The notes beneath the pieces are model-generated. The model made no database searches, was not told the origin of the DNA, and was given only the letters and a program-made list of their open reading frames with translations. Source: Dehalococcoidia bacterium (GTDB taxonomy: Bacteria; Chloroflexota; Dehalococcoidia; UBA2979). From it: a stretch of 64,000 nt of DNA. A program made the translations under genes and the position numbers. Below are positions 39,169-49,512 of this stretch, one piece after another. The stretch is taken from positions 224,001 to 288,000 of the forward strand of contig OZ219871.1 in the NCBI GenBank assembly GCA_964291495.2, in the 5' to 3' direction. Positions within the stretch are counted from its first letter, which is position 1. Each line of letters starts with the position of its first letter.

Positions 39169-40404
39169 ATGGCGCGGGCGCTCGCGAACTACCGCATCTG
39201 CGATTTCACGGGCCAGCTCGCCGGCGCGGGCGCGACGCGTCACCTCGCCGCGTTCGGCGCCGAGGTGATCCGCATCGAGGATCCCGTGAACGAGGGGCGC
39301 TGGGACATCTTGCGCGGGCAGCCGCCCTACCCGGACGAGCGACGCGGCATCAACCTCGGCGGCGCCTTCAACAACCACAACACGGAGAAGCTGGGCATCA
39401 CGCTCAACCTCCGCACGGAGCGCGGCAAGGAGCTGCTGCGCGACCTCGTGCGCATCTCCGACGCCGTGACGGAGAACTTCTCGGCCGGCGTGATGGAGCG
39501 GCTGGGCTTCGGGTACGAGCAGCTACGGGAGCTCAAGCCGGACATCGTCTACGTCTCCAACAGCGGCTTCGGCGGTAGCGGCCCCTACCGCGACTACAAG
39601 ACCTGGGGCCCGATCGTGCAGGCGATCTCCGGGCTGACGTGGACCTCGAAACTGCGCGACCAGCCGCCCGCCGGCTGGGGCTACTCCTACATGGACCACA
39701 CCGGCGCCTACTACATGGCGATCGGGCTGCTTGCCGCGCTGCACCACCGCAACGTCAGCGGCGAGGGCCAGTGGGTGGACATGGCCTGCACCGAGGCGGG
39801 CGCGACGCTGACCGGACCGGCGACCCTCGACTACACCGCCAACGGACGCCCGACGCGCCGCGACGGCCTGCCCGACTCGAACCACAGCGAGTGGCCGCCG
39901 ATGTCCCCGCACGCGATCTACCCCGCCGCCGGCGAGGACAACTGGATCGCGATCGCCTGCCGCGACGAGGACGACTGGCGCGCCCTCGCCGCCGTCGTCG
40001 CCGCGCCGTGGACCGGCGACCCGCGCTTCGCCGGCCTCGAGGCGCGACGCGAGCACGAGGACGCCCTCGACGAACGCATCGCGGCCTGGACCGGCGAGCG
40101 CGAGGCCTTCGAGACGGCCGCGCGCCTGCGGGCTGCGGGCGTGCCCGCGGCCGCCGTCGCCCGCCCCGAGGACCGCATCGACCACGACCCGAGCACGGCT
40201 GCCTGGGGCCTCTGGCCGGAGGTCACGCAGACGGAGATGGGCCGCGTCCGCGTCGACGGCCTGCCCGCGCACCTCGGCGAGACGGACTGGCAGCTCGAGC
40301 GCGGCGCGCCCTGCCTTGGCGAGCACAACGAGTACGTCTTCGGCGAGCTGCTCGGCCTCGACAGCAACGAGGTCGAGCAACTGCACGAGGACGGCGTGAT
40401 ATGA
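39169..40404 (+). CDS. Family III CoA-transferase, putative catalytic subunit
   Basis: GAEVIRIE, ENFSAGVM, SYMDHTG (Asp), APCLGEHN. Confidence 0.92.
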   Translation: MARALANYRICDFTGQLAGAGATRHLAAFGAEVIRIEDPVNEGRWDILRGQPPYPDERRGINLGGAFNNHNTEKLGITLNLRTERGKELLRDLVRISDAVTENFSAGVMERLGFGYEQLRELKPDIVYVSNSGFGGSGPYRDYKTWGPIVQAISGLTWTSKLRDQPPAGWGYSYMDHTGAYYMAIGLLAALHHRNVSGEGQWVDMACTEAGATLTGPATLDYTANGRPTRRDGLPDSNHSEWPPMSPHAIYPAAGEDNWIAIACRDEDDWRALAAVVAAPWTGDPRFAGLEARREHEDALDERIAAWTGEREAFETAARLRAAGVPAAAVARPEDRIDHDPSTAAWGLWPEVTQTEMGRVRVDGLPAHLGETDWQLERGAPCLGEHNEYVFGELLGLDSNEVEQLHEDGVI

Positions 40405-41672
40405 CGCAGCCGCCCACGTCCGCACCCGGTCCGCTCGCGAGTCTGCGCGTCGTCGAGCTCTGCGACGAGGCCGGCGAGCTGGCGGGCAAGCTGCTGGGCG
40501 ACATGGGCGCGGACGTTGTGAAGGTGGAGTCGCCCGAGGGCGCCCGCACCCGCCGCTACGAGCCCTTCCTCGGCGACGAGCCGCACCCGGAGCGCAGCCT
40601 CTACTTCTGGCACTACAACACCAGCAAGCGCTCGCTGACGCTCGACCTCGAGACTGACGAGGGCCGCGAGGCGTTCCGTCGCGTGGCAGCGAACGCCGAC
40701 GTGCTGGTGGAGGACCAGCCGCCGGGCCGCCTCGCGGCGCTGGGACTCGACTACGCGGACCTGCGCGCCGACAACCCCGGGCTGATCCACGCCGCGATCA
40801 CCTCGTTCGGGCGCAACGACCCGCGCAGCCTGGAGCCGTTCACCGACCTCACGATCCTCGCGGGTGGCGGGCCGGTCTGGTCCTGCGGCTACGACGACCA
40901 CTCGCTGCCGCCGGTGCGCGGCGGTGGCGGCCAGGGCTTCCAGACCGGCTGCCACTGGGCGCTGATCAGCATCCTCACCGCCCTCCTCCACCGAGACGGC
41001 GGTGGCGAGGGGCAGTTCATCGATGTCAGCATGCACGCCGCCTCGAACGTGACGACCGAGGCCGCGAGCTACCAGTGGCTCGTCGCCAACGCCACGGTCC
41101 AGCGCCAGACGGGACGCCACGCCGGCCCCTCGCCAAGCATCCCCACCCAGCGGGAGGCCGCCGACGGGCGCTGGATCAACACCGGCCTCTTCCCGCGCTA
41201 CCCGGACCAGTTCCGGACCGTGATCGAGTGGATGCGCGAGGTCGACCTGCTCGACGCGTTCGAGGAGGCGCCGCTGCTCGAGATCGCGGGGGGACGGGAC
41301 CGCATGCTCGACATCGGGCGCATCGGCGAGGACGGCGAGGAGGCCGCGCTGCTGGCGGCGGGGCGCGAGGCGATGAACCTGCTGGCGGCGAGCCTGCCCG
41401 CCTACGATTTCTTCGTGGGCGCCCAGGAGCGCGGCTTCCAGGTCGGGATCATCTATGCGCCCGAGGAGGTCATCAGCGACCCGCACTTCGTCGCGCGGGG
41501 CTTCCCGACGGAGGTCGAGCACCCGGAGCTGGACCGCTCCTTCACCTACCCCGGCGCACCCTGGCGCTTCGGGGCCTCGCCGTGGGCGATCAGCCGCCGC
41601 CCGCCGCTGCTCGCCGAGCACAACGAGGAGCTGCTGGCCGAGCTCGGCCTCGCCCCCACCGACGCCGGCTGA
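40401..41672 (+). CDS. Family III CoA-transferase, putative non-catalytic subunit
   Basis: ATGA overlap with the previous gene. GADVVKVE, YNTSKRS. GGQGFQTG lacks the Asp. Confidence 0.9.
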   Translation: MTQPPTSAPGPLASLRVVELCDEAGELAGKLLGDMGADVVKVESPEGARTRRYEPFLGDEPHPERSLYFWHYNTSKRSLTLDLETDEGREAFRRVAANADVLVEDQPPGRLAALGLDYADLRADNPGLIHAAITSFGRNDPRSLEPFTDLTILAGGGPVWSCGYDDHSLPPVRGGGGQGFQTGCHWALISILTALLHRDGGGEGQFIDVSMHAASNVTTEAASYQWLVANATVQRQTGRHAGPSPSIPTQREAADGRWINTGLFPRYPDQFRTVIEWMREVDLLDAFEEAPLLEIAGGRDRMLDIGRIGEDGEEAALLAAGREAMNLLAASLPAYDFFVGAQERGFQVGIIYAPEEVISDPHFVARGFPTEVEHPELDRSFTYPGAPWRFGASPWAISRRPPLLAEHNEELLAELGLAPTDAG

Positions 41673-41685
41673 CCGAGGCGACCGC

Positions 41686-42888
41686 TCAGGCAACCACTCC
41701 GCGCCCACGCAGCTCGGCGATCCGCGCCGCCTCGAAACCGAGCGATGCGAGCACGTCGTCGGTGTGCTCGCCGAGCCGCGCCGAGTGCAGCCGTACCTCG
41801 CCCGGCGTGCCGAGCAGCCTCGGCGCGACGCCTACCTGCTCGACCGTGCCCGCTTCCGGGTCCTCGATGGTCTCGACCAGCCCGCGCGCCCGCACGTGCG
41901 GGTCCGCCGCCATCTCGTCGAGGTCGAGCACGGGCGTGAGGCAGGCGTCCGCCTCGCCGAGGGCGGCGAACCACTCGTCGCGGGGCCGCGTCCGGAAGGT
42001 CGCGGCGAAGGCGTCCATCATCTCCTGCTGGCGGTCGTCGTCGTGCTGGTGCGCGATGAACTCCTCGTGGCCGAGCCCGCGGCAGAGCGCCTCGAAGAAG
42101 TACGCCTCGATCGCGCCCACGCTGATCCACTTGCCGTCGGCGCACTGGTAGACGTTGTAGAAGCAGCGCCCGCCGCCGAGGGGGTGCTCGCCTCTCGGGG
42201 GCGGCGGCTTCTCGACGTTGAACATCCTCGAGATCTGCATGCTGAGCAGCGAGGTCACGCCATCCGACATCGCGAGGTCGATGTCCTGGCCGCGCCCGCT
42301 GCGCTCGCGCGCCTGCACGGCCACCAGCACGGCGAAGGCGAGCAGCAGGCCGCCGCCGCCGAAGTCGGCGACGAGGTTGAGCGGCATCACGGGCCGGCCG
42401 TCGGCGCCACCGATCATGCCGAGCGCCCCGCCGATCGAGATGTAGTTGATGTCGTGCCCGGCCATCTGCGCGTAGGGGCCCGTCCGGCCGTAGCCGGACA
42501 GGGTGCCGGTGATGATCCGCGGGTTGCGCGCCGCCAGCGTCGCGTAGTCGATGCCGAGGCGCTCCGTGACGCCCGGCCGGAAGCCGTCGAGCACGACGTC
42601 GGCGTCATCGACCAGGCGGTAGAAGAGCTCGAGGCCCTCGGGCTCGCGCAGGTTGATGGCGATCGAGCGCTTGTTGCGGCGGAAGGCATTGGTCGCGATC
42701 TGACGCTCGGCCCGGGCGGCGGCCTCCGGGTCGCCGCCACCCTGGGCGTCGAAGCGAGGCACCGCGCCGGGCGGAATCTCCACCATCAGCACGTCCGCGC
42801 CAAAGTCGGCGAGCAGCATCGAGCCGTACATGCCGGGCCCGAGCCGGGCGAGGTCCAGCACGCGCAGGCCCTCCAACGCCTTCGTCAT
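41686..42888 (-). CDS. Family III CoA-transferase/alpha-methylacyl-CoA racemase-like protein
   Basis: ATG at 42888. GFRPGV, AGHDINY and NLVADFGGG, the AMACR-type His/Asp motifs. Confidence 0.9.
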   Translation of the reverse strand: MTKALEGLRVLDLARLGPGMYGSMLLADFGADVLMVEIPPGAVPRFDAQGGGDPEAAARAERQIATNAFRRNKRSIAINLREPEGLELFYRLVDDADVVLDGFRPGVTERLGIDYATLAARNPRIITGTLSGYGRTGPYAQMAGHDINYISIGGALGMIGGADGRPVMPLNLVADFGGGGLLLAFAVLVAVQARERSGRGQDIDLAMSDGVTSLLSMQISRMFNVEKPPPPRGEHPLGGGRCFYNVYQCADGKWISVGAIEAYFFEALCRGLGHEEFIAHQHDDDRQQEMMDAFAATFRTRPRDEWFAALGEADACLTPVLDLDEMAADPHVRARGLVETIEDPEAGTVEQVGVAPRLLGTPGEVRLHSARLGEHTDDVLASLGFEAARIAELRGRGVVA

Positions 42889-42993
42889 CGCAACCTCCCG
42901 AATCGCCGGCCGGCCGGGGCAGCCGCCGCCCTCGGGCGACACGCTAGAATGCCCGCGACGCGGGGACCACCCCCGAGAGCCGGGAGCAGCGCC

Positions 42994-44322
42994 ATGCACC
43001 TCATGTACTTCACCGAGCAACCGGACTCCGCATATCCGGAACCGCGGGATGAGGATGGCAACCTCGGCACGACGCGGGTGACGTTCTCCAACAAGTACTA
43101 CAACCCCGTCGAGGGCAGCCGCCTCTACAACGACCGCCTCCGGGAGTACCTGAAGGCCGAGGAGGTCGGGTACGACGGCATCATGCTGAACGAGCACCAC
43201 AACGCGCCGTTCTGCATGCAGTCGCAGATCACGGTCTGGGCCAGCATCCTCGCCGCCGCAACCGAGCGAGTGAAGATCGTGCTGCTGGGCACGCCGCTGC
43301 CGACCCTCGAGAACCCGCTGGCAGCGGCCGAGAGCCTCGCCATGATCGACATGATCTCGAAGGGCCGCCTCGTCGCGGGGATCGTGCGCGGAGGCGGCTC
43401 CGAGCAGCTCGCGAACAATGTCAACCCCGCGTTCAACCGCGATCGCTTCTACGAGGCGCACGACCTGATAGTGAAGGCCTGGACGGAACCCGGGCCCTGG
43501 CGCTGGGAGGGCGACCACTACCACTTCCGCACGGTGAACCCGTGGGCGCGTCCGCTGCAGCAGCCGCACCCGCGCATCTGGGTGCCCGGCACCGCGAGCC
43601 CGGAGACGATCGTCTGGTGCGCGGAGCAGCGCTACCCCTACATCGCGCTCAACACCGCCATCGACGTCACGAAGCAGATCTGGCAGCTCTACGACGACAC
43701 CGCCGCCGAGGCCGGCTACGAGGCGGGCCCCGAGCACCGCGGCTACCTGCTGCGCGTGCATGTCGCCGACACCGAGGAGAAGGCTGTCGAGAACGCCCGG
43801 CAGTTCATGTGGATGCAGGGCGAGTTCGCCGGCGTCGGCCAGCCGGAGTACCAGTCACCCTCGGGCTACTTCTCGCCGACGCGGCGCGAGCAGTACGTGC
43901 AGGTCATCAACCACCGCGGCGAGGATCCCCGCGCCCGCCCCTTCGACGACCAGCGCGAAACCCGGACGATCGTCGCGGGGACGCCGGACCAGGTCGTCGA
44001 GGAGCTGCGTGTCGTCATGGAGGCGACGCGGCCGGGCATCTTCGCCCTCTGGGGCAGCGACGGCCGCGTCAGCCACCAGGACGCGATGCGCTGCATCGAG
44101 CTGACCGGCCAGGAGGTGCTGCCGCGACTGCGCGAGATCGCGAAGGAACTGGACCTCAAGGACCCCTTCGAGACAAACGCCCCGGTCAGCTCCGGGTTCC
44201 TCGAGACCGCCACGGTGCCGGAAACGTTCGACGTGCCAACGCCCCCGGTGGAGCCGGCGCGCGTTCGCCGCGGCCCGGCCGTCGGCACCGAGAGCCTGCG
44301 CCCGGGCTCGATCGGGCGATAA
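42994..44322 (+). CDS. LLM-class flavin-dependent monooxygenase
   Basis: ATG at 42994. DGIMLNEHH, AESLAMIDMISKGR, PLQQPHPRIWVPG. Confidence 0.9.
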   Translation: MHLMYFTEQPDSAYPEPRDEDGNLGTTRVTFSNKYYNPVEGSRLYNDRLREYLKAEEVGYDGIMLNEHHNAPFCMQSQITVWASILAAATERVKIVLLGTPLPTLENPLAAAESLAMIDMISKGRLVAGIVRGGGSEQLANNVNPAFNRDRFYEAHDLIVKAWTEPGPWRWEGDHYHFRTVNPWARPLQQPHPRIWVPGTASPETIVWCAEQRYPYIALNTAIDVTKQIWQLYDDTAAEAGYEAGPEHRGYLLRVHVADTEEKAVENARQFMWMQGEFAGVGQPEYQSPSGYFSPTRREQYVQVINHRGEDPRARPFDDQRETRTIVAGTPDQVVEELRVVMEATRPGIFALWGSDGRVSHQDAMRCIELTGQEVLPRLREIAKELDLKDPFETNAPVSSGFLETATVPETFDVPTPPVEPARVRRGPAVGTESLRPGSIGR

Positions 44323-44353
44323 CTTCCACGGACCCGCTGCAAGGAGACAATCG

Positions 44354-45469
44354 ATGCCCTCCGATCCGCTTCGCACGCGCCTCTGCGACGAGTACGGCTG
44401 CGAGTACCCGGTCGTCGGGTTCGCGCACACCAAGGACGTGGTCGCCGCCGTCACCAACGCCGGCGGCATCGGCATCTACGGCGCCAACTCGCTCACCCCC
44501 GAGCAGATCCAGTCCGACGTGCGCTGGATCAAGGAGCGCGTCGGCGACCGCCCCTTCGGCGTCGACCTGCTGCTCTCCGCCTCCTACCTCGAGGGCACGC
44601 CCGAGGATCTGGAGGCACAGATCCCGCAGGGGCACATCGACTTCGTCGACAGGGTGATGGAGGAACACAGCATCCCGGAGCCAAAGACGCCGGGCCCGTG
44701 GGGCCACGCCCGCGTGGACCTGCTGCGCAAGGCGCGCGCCAAGTTCGAGGTGATCAAGGCGGAGCGCGTCCCGATCTTCGCCTCCGGCATGGGCAGCCCC
44801 GCCTTCATCCTCGACGAGCTGCACGAGGCCGGCATCAAGGTCTGGGGGCTGATCGGCCTCGCGCGACAGGCGCGCCGCGAGCTTGAGCAGGGCCTCGACC
44901 TGATCGTCGCCCAGGGCCAGGACTCCGGTGGCCACACCGGCCGCATGGGCACCTTCTCGCTCGTGCGCGAGGTGACCGAGCTGGCGAAGGACTACGACAC
45001 GCCGATCCTCGCCGCCGGCGGCGTCACGACCGGGGCGCACATCGTCGCCGCCCTCGCCCTCGGCGCATCCGGCGTCTGGTGCGGCACGATCTGGCAGACC
45101 ACGCATGAGTCCGAGACCTCGATGGCGAAGAAGCAGAAGCTGCTCGAGTCGGGCAACCAGGACGCGTGGGTCTCCGAGGCGGTCGACGGCAAGCGCATGC
45201 GCGTCATCCGCGGCGCCTTCATCGACGTGTTCGACGCGCCGGACGCGCCGCCGCCGCTCGCGATGCCGCTCCAGGGCATGCTGCTCGGCAAGCTCGAGAC
45301 GGCAGTCGAGGACCACCAGGTCTACGACTGGCTGCGCATCCCGGCCGGCCAGGGCGTCGGCTTCGTCACTGAGATGAAGCCCGCACGCCAGACCTTGCTC
45401 GACCTCGTCGAGGAGGCGCGCGACAGCCTCGACGCGATGGGCTTCGACCCGCCCGACGACGCGGAGTAG
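44354..45469 (+). CDS. Nitronate monooxygenase/FabK-like FMN enzyme, copy 2
   Basis: Same motifs as 18858..19964, with long identical blocks. Confidence 0.9.
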   Translation: MPSDPLRTRLCDEYGCEYPVVGFAHTKDVVAAVTNAGGIGIYGANSLTPEQIQSDVRWIKERVGDRPFGVDLLLSASYLEGTPEDLEAQIPQGHIDFVDRVMEEHSIPEPKTPGPWGHARVDLLRKARAKFEVIKAERVPIFASGMGSPAFILDELHEAGIKVWGLIGLARQARRELEQGLDLIVAQGQDSGGHTGRMGTFSLVREVTELAKDYDTPILAAGGVTTGAHIVAALALGASGVWCGTIWQTTHESETSMAKKQKLLESGNQDAWVSEAVDGKRMRVIRGAFIDVFDAPDAPPPLAMPLQGMLLGKLETAVEDHQVYDWLRIPAGQGVGFVTEMKPARQTLLDLVEEARDSLDAMGFDPPDDAE

Positions 45470-45524
45470 CGGCGACACGGGGCTGGCGGGACGAAGCTGC
45501 GCGGCAGCAGCAGCACGCAAGGAG

Positions 45525-46235
45525 ATGGCGATGGCAGACGAACCCACGATCGGCCTCCTCGAGGCGATCCACTCGACGCGGGCGATCCGCCGCTTCAAGC
45601 CGGACCCGATTCCCGAGGACGTGCTCTGGGCAATCCTCGACGCCGCGATCCGCGGACCGACCGGCGCCAACCGCCAGAACTGGGGCTGGGTCGTGGTCCG
45701 GGACGCGGAGGCGAAGCGCAAGATCGCGGGCTGGTTCAAGCAGGAGTACGACAACACCTACGGCCGCGTCGACGAGTCGACGCTGACGGACACCGGGCGC
45801 ATCCAGTCCGGCACCTACACGATCAACGAGGAGATCAACTATGGGCTGACCGCCCAGAACTACCGCGCGGTGAGGCACCTGGCGCACAACCTGCAGAATG
45901 CGCCGGTGATCGTCTTCCCCTGCCTCTTCGGCGGTCCCGGATCGCGCAGGCCCGGGCGCAACCCGCGCCGCGCGGGCGCCTCGATCTTCGGCGGGGTGCA
46001 GAACATGATGCTCGCCGCGCGCGCCTACGGGGTCGGCTCGGTGATCACGGGCTGGGCCGTGGACATGCCGGAGCTGCACGAGCTGCTCAACCTGCCCGAG
46101 GGCTACGAGCCGATGGCGCTCGTCCCGATGGGCTACCCAACGGTCCCCTTCTCGCAGCCGCAGCGCATCCCCGTGGACCAGGTGACGCACTGGGACCGCT
46201 GGGGCGAGCAGCACGAGCGGCCCGCACAGGACTAG
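45525..46235 (+). CDS. Nitroreductase family protein
   Basis: RAIRRFKPDPIP, PTGANRQNW, QNMMLAARAYGVGS, VPMGYP. Confidence 0.9.
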   Translation: MAMADEPTIGLLEAIHSTRAIRRFKPDPIPEDVLWAILDAAIRGPTGANRQNWGWVVVRDAEAKRKIAGWFKQEYDNTYGRVDESTLTDTGRIQSGTYTINEEINYGLTAQNYRAVRHLAHNLQNAPVIVFPCLFGGPGSRRPGRNPRRAGASIFGGVQNMMLAARAYGVGSVITGWAVDMPELHELLNLPEGYEPMALVPMGYPTVPFSQPQRIPVDQVTHWDRWGEQHERPAQD

Positions 46236-46368
46236 CGTCCGCAGACCAAAGCGGCGATCCCCGGCGCGCCGGCCTCGTTGCGGGGATCGGGTGTGGGGAC
46301 TAGAGTGTGGCGCTAGCGAGGCGTCGGCGCGCGAGGCGTGGCCGATGCGAACGAATCCGGGGGGGCAC

Positions 46369-48285
46369 ATGGCAGACGAGCACTGGTCAACGTTTATCGG
46401 ATCGCGGGTCAGTAGACGAAGCGTCATCCGCGGCGGGGTTCTCGGCGCGGCCGGACTGACCGCTGCCGCGCTGATCGGCTGTGGCGACGACGATGACGAC
46501 GACGAGGCCCCCGCGGTGGCGACCGCGGCGCCGACGGCAGCCGCCACGGCCGCTCCGACGCAGGCCCCGACGGCCGCTCCGACGCCGGAGCCGGAGCCGG
46601 AATACGTGACGGGCGCGAAGGCGCAGGGCGCGCCGTTCGCCTGGAACTACCCGGAGCCGGACGAGACCCCGAAGCGCGGCGGCATCTACAAGGGCGTGCT
46701 GACGTTCGCGCACGGCAGCTTCGACCCGAACACCTCGAGCTTCTCGTGGACGCCCAACAGCATGATCGGCGACTTCGTCGTCGGCTATAACGTCGGGCCG
46801 AGCCTGAACAAGGGCCTCGAGATCGAGCTGAACCCGGACTACGGCCTCGCCACCGCGTGGGAGACCTCGCCGGACGGGCTGACGTACACGTTCAACATCC
46901 GCGAGGCGAACTTCCAGAACGTCGCGCCGGTCAACGGGCGCGCGATGGTCGCGGGTGACATCGTCACGGCCTTCGATCGCATGCTCGCCGGGTTCTTCGC
47001 CGGGCCGCTCGGCACGCTGGACCGCATGGAGGCGGCGGACGACCGCACCCTGCTGGCCCACATGAAGATCCCGGACCCCGACCTGCCGACCACGCTGGGG
47101 AACCGGCAGTTCCCGGTCTACGCCCAGGAACCGTACGACGAGGGCACCCAGGACACGAACCCGATCGGCACGGGCTCGATGATCCTGGACAACGCAAACA
47201 CCGTGAAGGACCAGACGCTGGCCTTCGTCTCGAACCCGGACTACTGGGACGGCGCGCCGTACCTGGACGGCTTCCAGTTCGAGCGGATCCTGGACCGCGC
47301 GACGCACCTCGCGGAGTTCGTGCAGGGCCGCGTCCAGTTCGCCCGCCAGCCCGAGGAAGTCTCGCAGATCAGGAACCTCTTCGACGAAGTGCCGGGCATG
47401 CAGATCACGAGCGACCCGTTCTGGAGCTCCGGCACCACCGTCTACGCGGTCAACCCGAACATCGAGCCGTTCAACGACGTGCGTGTCCGCCGGGCCCTCA
47501 AGCTCGCGATGGACACGGTCAAGTACGGCAACCTGCGGTTCCCGCTCGGCTGGAACACCGGGCCCGCCTTCGCGCTGCCCTTCGTGTTCGGCACCGAGTA
47601 CCCCTCGCAGAAGTCGATCGACCCGGACACCGTGCCGGACGAGTTCGGGCCGTGGTTCAAGTACGACCTGGAGGAGGCGAAGAAGCTGCTCGCCGCGGCT
47701 GGCTGGGAGACCGGTCTCAAGTGGACCCATCGCGGTCCCGCCGGCTTCACCGGCGAGACCACCTCGCAGGACGCGCTCTGGCAGCAGGACATGCGGGCGC
47801 TCGGAGCGGACATCGAGTTCGCCACGCCCGAGTCGGTGAACTTCACTACCCAGTACTACGCCGGCGGCTTCCGCGACCCGGAGAAGCGGGCCACGGAGAG
47901 CATCCAGGGCTGGTCGACGGCGACGCCGACCCGCAACGGCTACTTCTGGGAGAACATCCACTCCGAGTCCAGCGTGAACCACTTCGACACGAGGGACCCG
48001 GAGGTGGACCGCCTGGCCGACCTGCAGCGCTCCGAGGGCGACCCGGATCAGCGGCAGGAGTACATCCGCCAGATCTTCGACGTCTTCAACGACCAGGCCT
48101 ACTGGATGGACAAGCCGCCCGGAACCTGGACCGGCACGGTGCTGCGGCCGGAGTCGCGGTTCTTCCGCTTCAACGCACCGCACATCGGCATCCACTGGTT
48201 CTGGGACTGGGGCTACGGAGTGCACAAGGCGTGGCTCGGCGACACCCTCACGGAATCGCCGACGATCTCGCTGCTGGACCTGTAG
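46369..48285 (+). CDS. Peptide/nickel-family (SBP family 5) ABC substrate-binding Tat lipoprotein
   Basis: ATG at 46369. SRRSVIRGG, LIGC lipobox, LATAWETSPDGLTYTF, PIGTG, PFNDVRVRRAL. Confidence 0.88.
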   Translation: MADEHWSTFIGSRVSRRSVIRGGVLGAAGLTAAALIGCGDDDDDDEAPAVATAAPTAAATAAPTQAPTAAPTPEPEPEYVTGAKAQGAPFAWNYPEPDETPKRGGIYKGVLTFAHGSFDPNTSSFSWTPNSMIGDFVVGYNVGPSLNKGLEIELNPDYGLATAWETSPDGLTYTFNIREANFQNVAPVNGRAMVAGDIVTAFDRMLAGFFAGPLGTLDRMEAADDRTLLAHMKIPDPDLPTTLGNRQFPVYAQEPYDEGTQDTNPIGTGSMILDNANTVKDQTLAFVSNPDYWDGAPYLDGFQFERILDRATHLAEFVQGRVQFARQPEEVSQIRNLFDEVPGMQITSDPFWSSGTTVYAVNPNIEPFNDVRVRRALKLAMDTVKYGNLRFPLGWNTGPAFALPFVFGTEYPSQKSIDPDTVPDEFGPWFKYDLEEAKKLLAAAGWETGLKWTHRGPAGFTGETTSQDALWQQDMRALGADIEFATPESVNFTTQYYAGGFRDPEKRATESIQGWSTATPTRNGYFWENIHSESSVNHFDTRDPEVDRLADLQRSEGDPDQRQEYIRQIFDVFNDQAYWMDKPPGTWTGTVLRPESRFFRFNAPHIGIHWFWDWGYGVHKAWLGDTLTESPTISLLDL

Positions 48286-48310
48286 CCGGCACGAACGCGG
48301 AGACTGGACG

Positions 48311-48340
48311 GAGGGAGCCGGCCGGCGGGTCGGCTCCCTC
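48311..48340 (+). terminator. Hairpin after the binding-protein gene
   Basis: GAGGGAGCCG ... CGGCTCCCTC. Confidence 0.6.
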
Positions 48341-48490
48341 TGCGTTCGGCGCGCGGAACGCGAACACGAGGGTAGTGAACCTCGCCGAGGCCAGCGCGCT
48401 ACAATGCGCCGCGTTCCGCTCGCGTCCGCCCCGCGCAGCGGCCGAGCGCGGACGACCGGATCGGGATGTGGTGACCCAGGGGATGTCGCG

Positions 48491-49483
48491 ATGACGCAGT
48501 ACCTGGTCAAGCGGCTGCTCGCCGCCGTCCCCACGCTCCTGATCGTCTCGATCGGGATCTTCGGCCTCGTGCGACTGATCCCCGGCGACGTCGTGATGGC
48601 CCGCATCGCGCAGGGCGGCAGCGGCGCGGGCGGAAGCGCGAACGAGGCGGTGATCGAGCGAACGCGCGCGGAGCTCGGCCTCGACCGCCCCTTCCATGAG
48701 CAATACCTGGACTGGCTCGCCGGAGCCGTACGCGGCGACCTGGGCAACTCGCTGATCAGCGGCGTGCCCGTCTCGGAGACACTGATCGAGCGGCTCCCGG
48801 TCACGATCGAGATCGTGATCCTCGCGATGACGCTCTCGATGCTGCTCGCCATCCCGCTGGGCATCATCTCCGCCGTGAACCAGGACAAGCCCGCCGACTA
48901 CGCGGCGAGGCTGTTCACGGTGTTCGGGCTCTCCATCCCGGACTTCGTGATCGGCACGGTCACGATCCTCTTCCTCACCTTCTACCTGGACGACGCGACG
49001 TTCGGGCTGTTCGACTCGTGGCTGCCGCCGCTCGGCTGGTACCCGCCCTGGGAGGATCCCTGGACGAACTTCCAGGCGCTGAGCATCCCGGTGGTGATCC
49101 TCGCCTACCGCTCGTCCGCGGTGAGCGCGCGCATGATGCGCTCGACGATGCTGGAGGTGCTGCGCGAGGACTACATCCGGACGGCGCGCGCCAAGGGCGT
49201 GACCGAACGCGCCGTCGTGTTCCGCCACGCGCTGCGCAACTCCGTCATCCCGGTGCTCACGATCATGGGCGCGCAGACATCGTTCCTCTTCGGCGGATCG
49301 GTGATCGTCGAGCAGATCTTCCGGATTCCCGGCATGGGGCAATGGACGCTCGACTCCGTCGGTCAGCGCGACTACACGGCGGTGCAGGGCGCCGTCCTGA
49401 TGATGGCCGTCGTCTTCATCGTCGTGAACCTCGTGGTCGATCTGATGTACGGGCTCATCGACCCGCGAATCCGCTACAGCTAG
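48491..49483 (+). CDS. Peptide ABC transporter permease (DppB/OppB-like)
   Basis: ATG at 48491. RLIPGD, GDLGNS, EDYIRTARAKG, DPRIRY. Confidence 0.93.
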   Translation: MTQYLVKRLLAAVPTLLIVSIGIFGLVRLIPGDVVMARIAQGGSGAGGSANEAVIERTRAELGLDRPFHEQYLDWLAGAVRGDLGNSLISGVPVSETLIERLPVTIEIVILAMTLSMLLAIPLGIISAVNQDKPADYAARLFTVFGLSIPDFVIGTVTILFLTFYLDDATFGLFDSWLPPLGWYPPWEDPWTNFQALSIPVVILAYRSSAVSARMMRSTMLEVLREDYIRTARAKGVTERAVVFRHALRNSVIPVLTIMGAQTSFLFGGSVIVEQIFRIPGMGQWTLDSVGQRDYTAVQGAVLMMAVVFIVVNLVVDLMYGLIDPRIRYS

Positions 49484-49512
49484 GCGAGTGAGCGGGCGAG
49501 GTACGAAGCGAG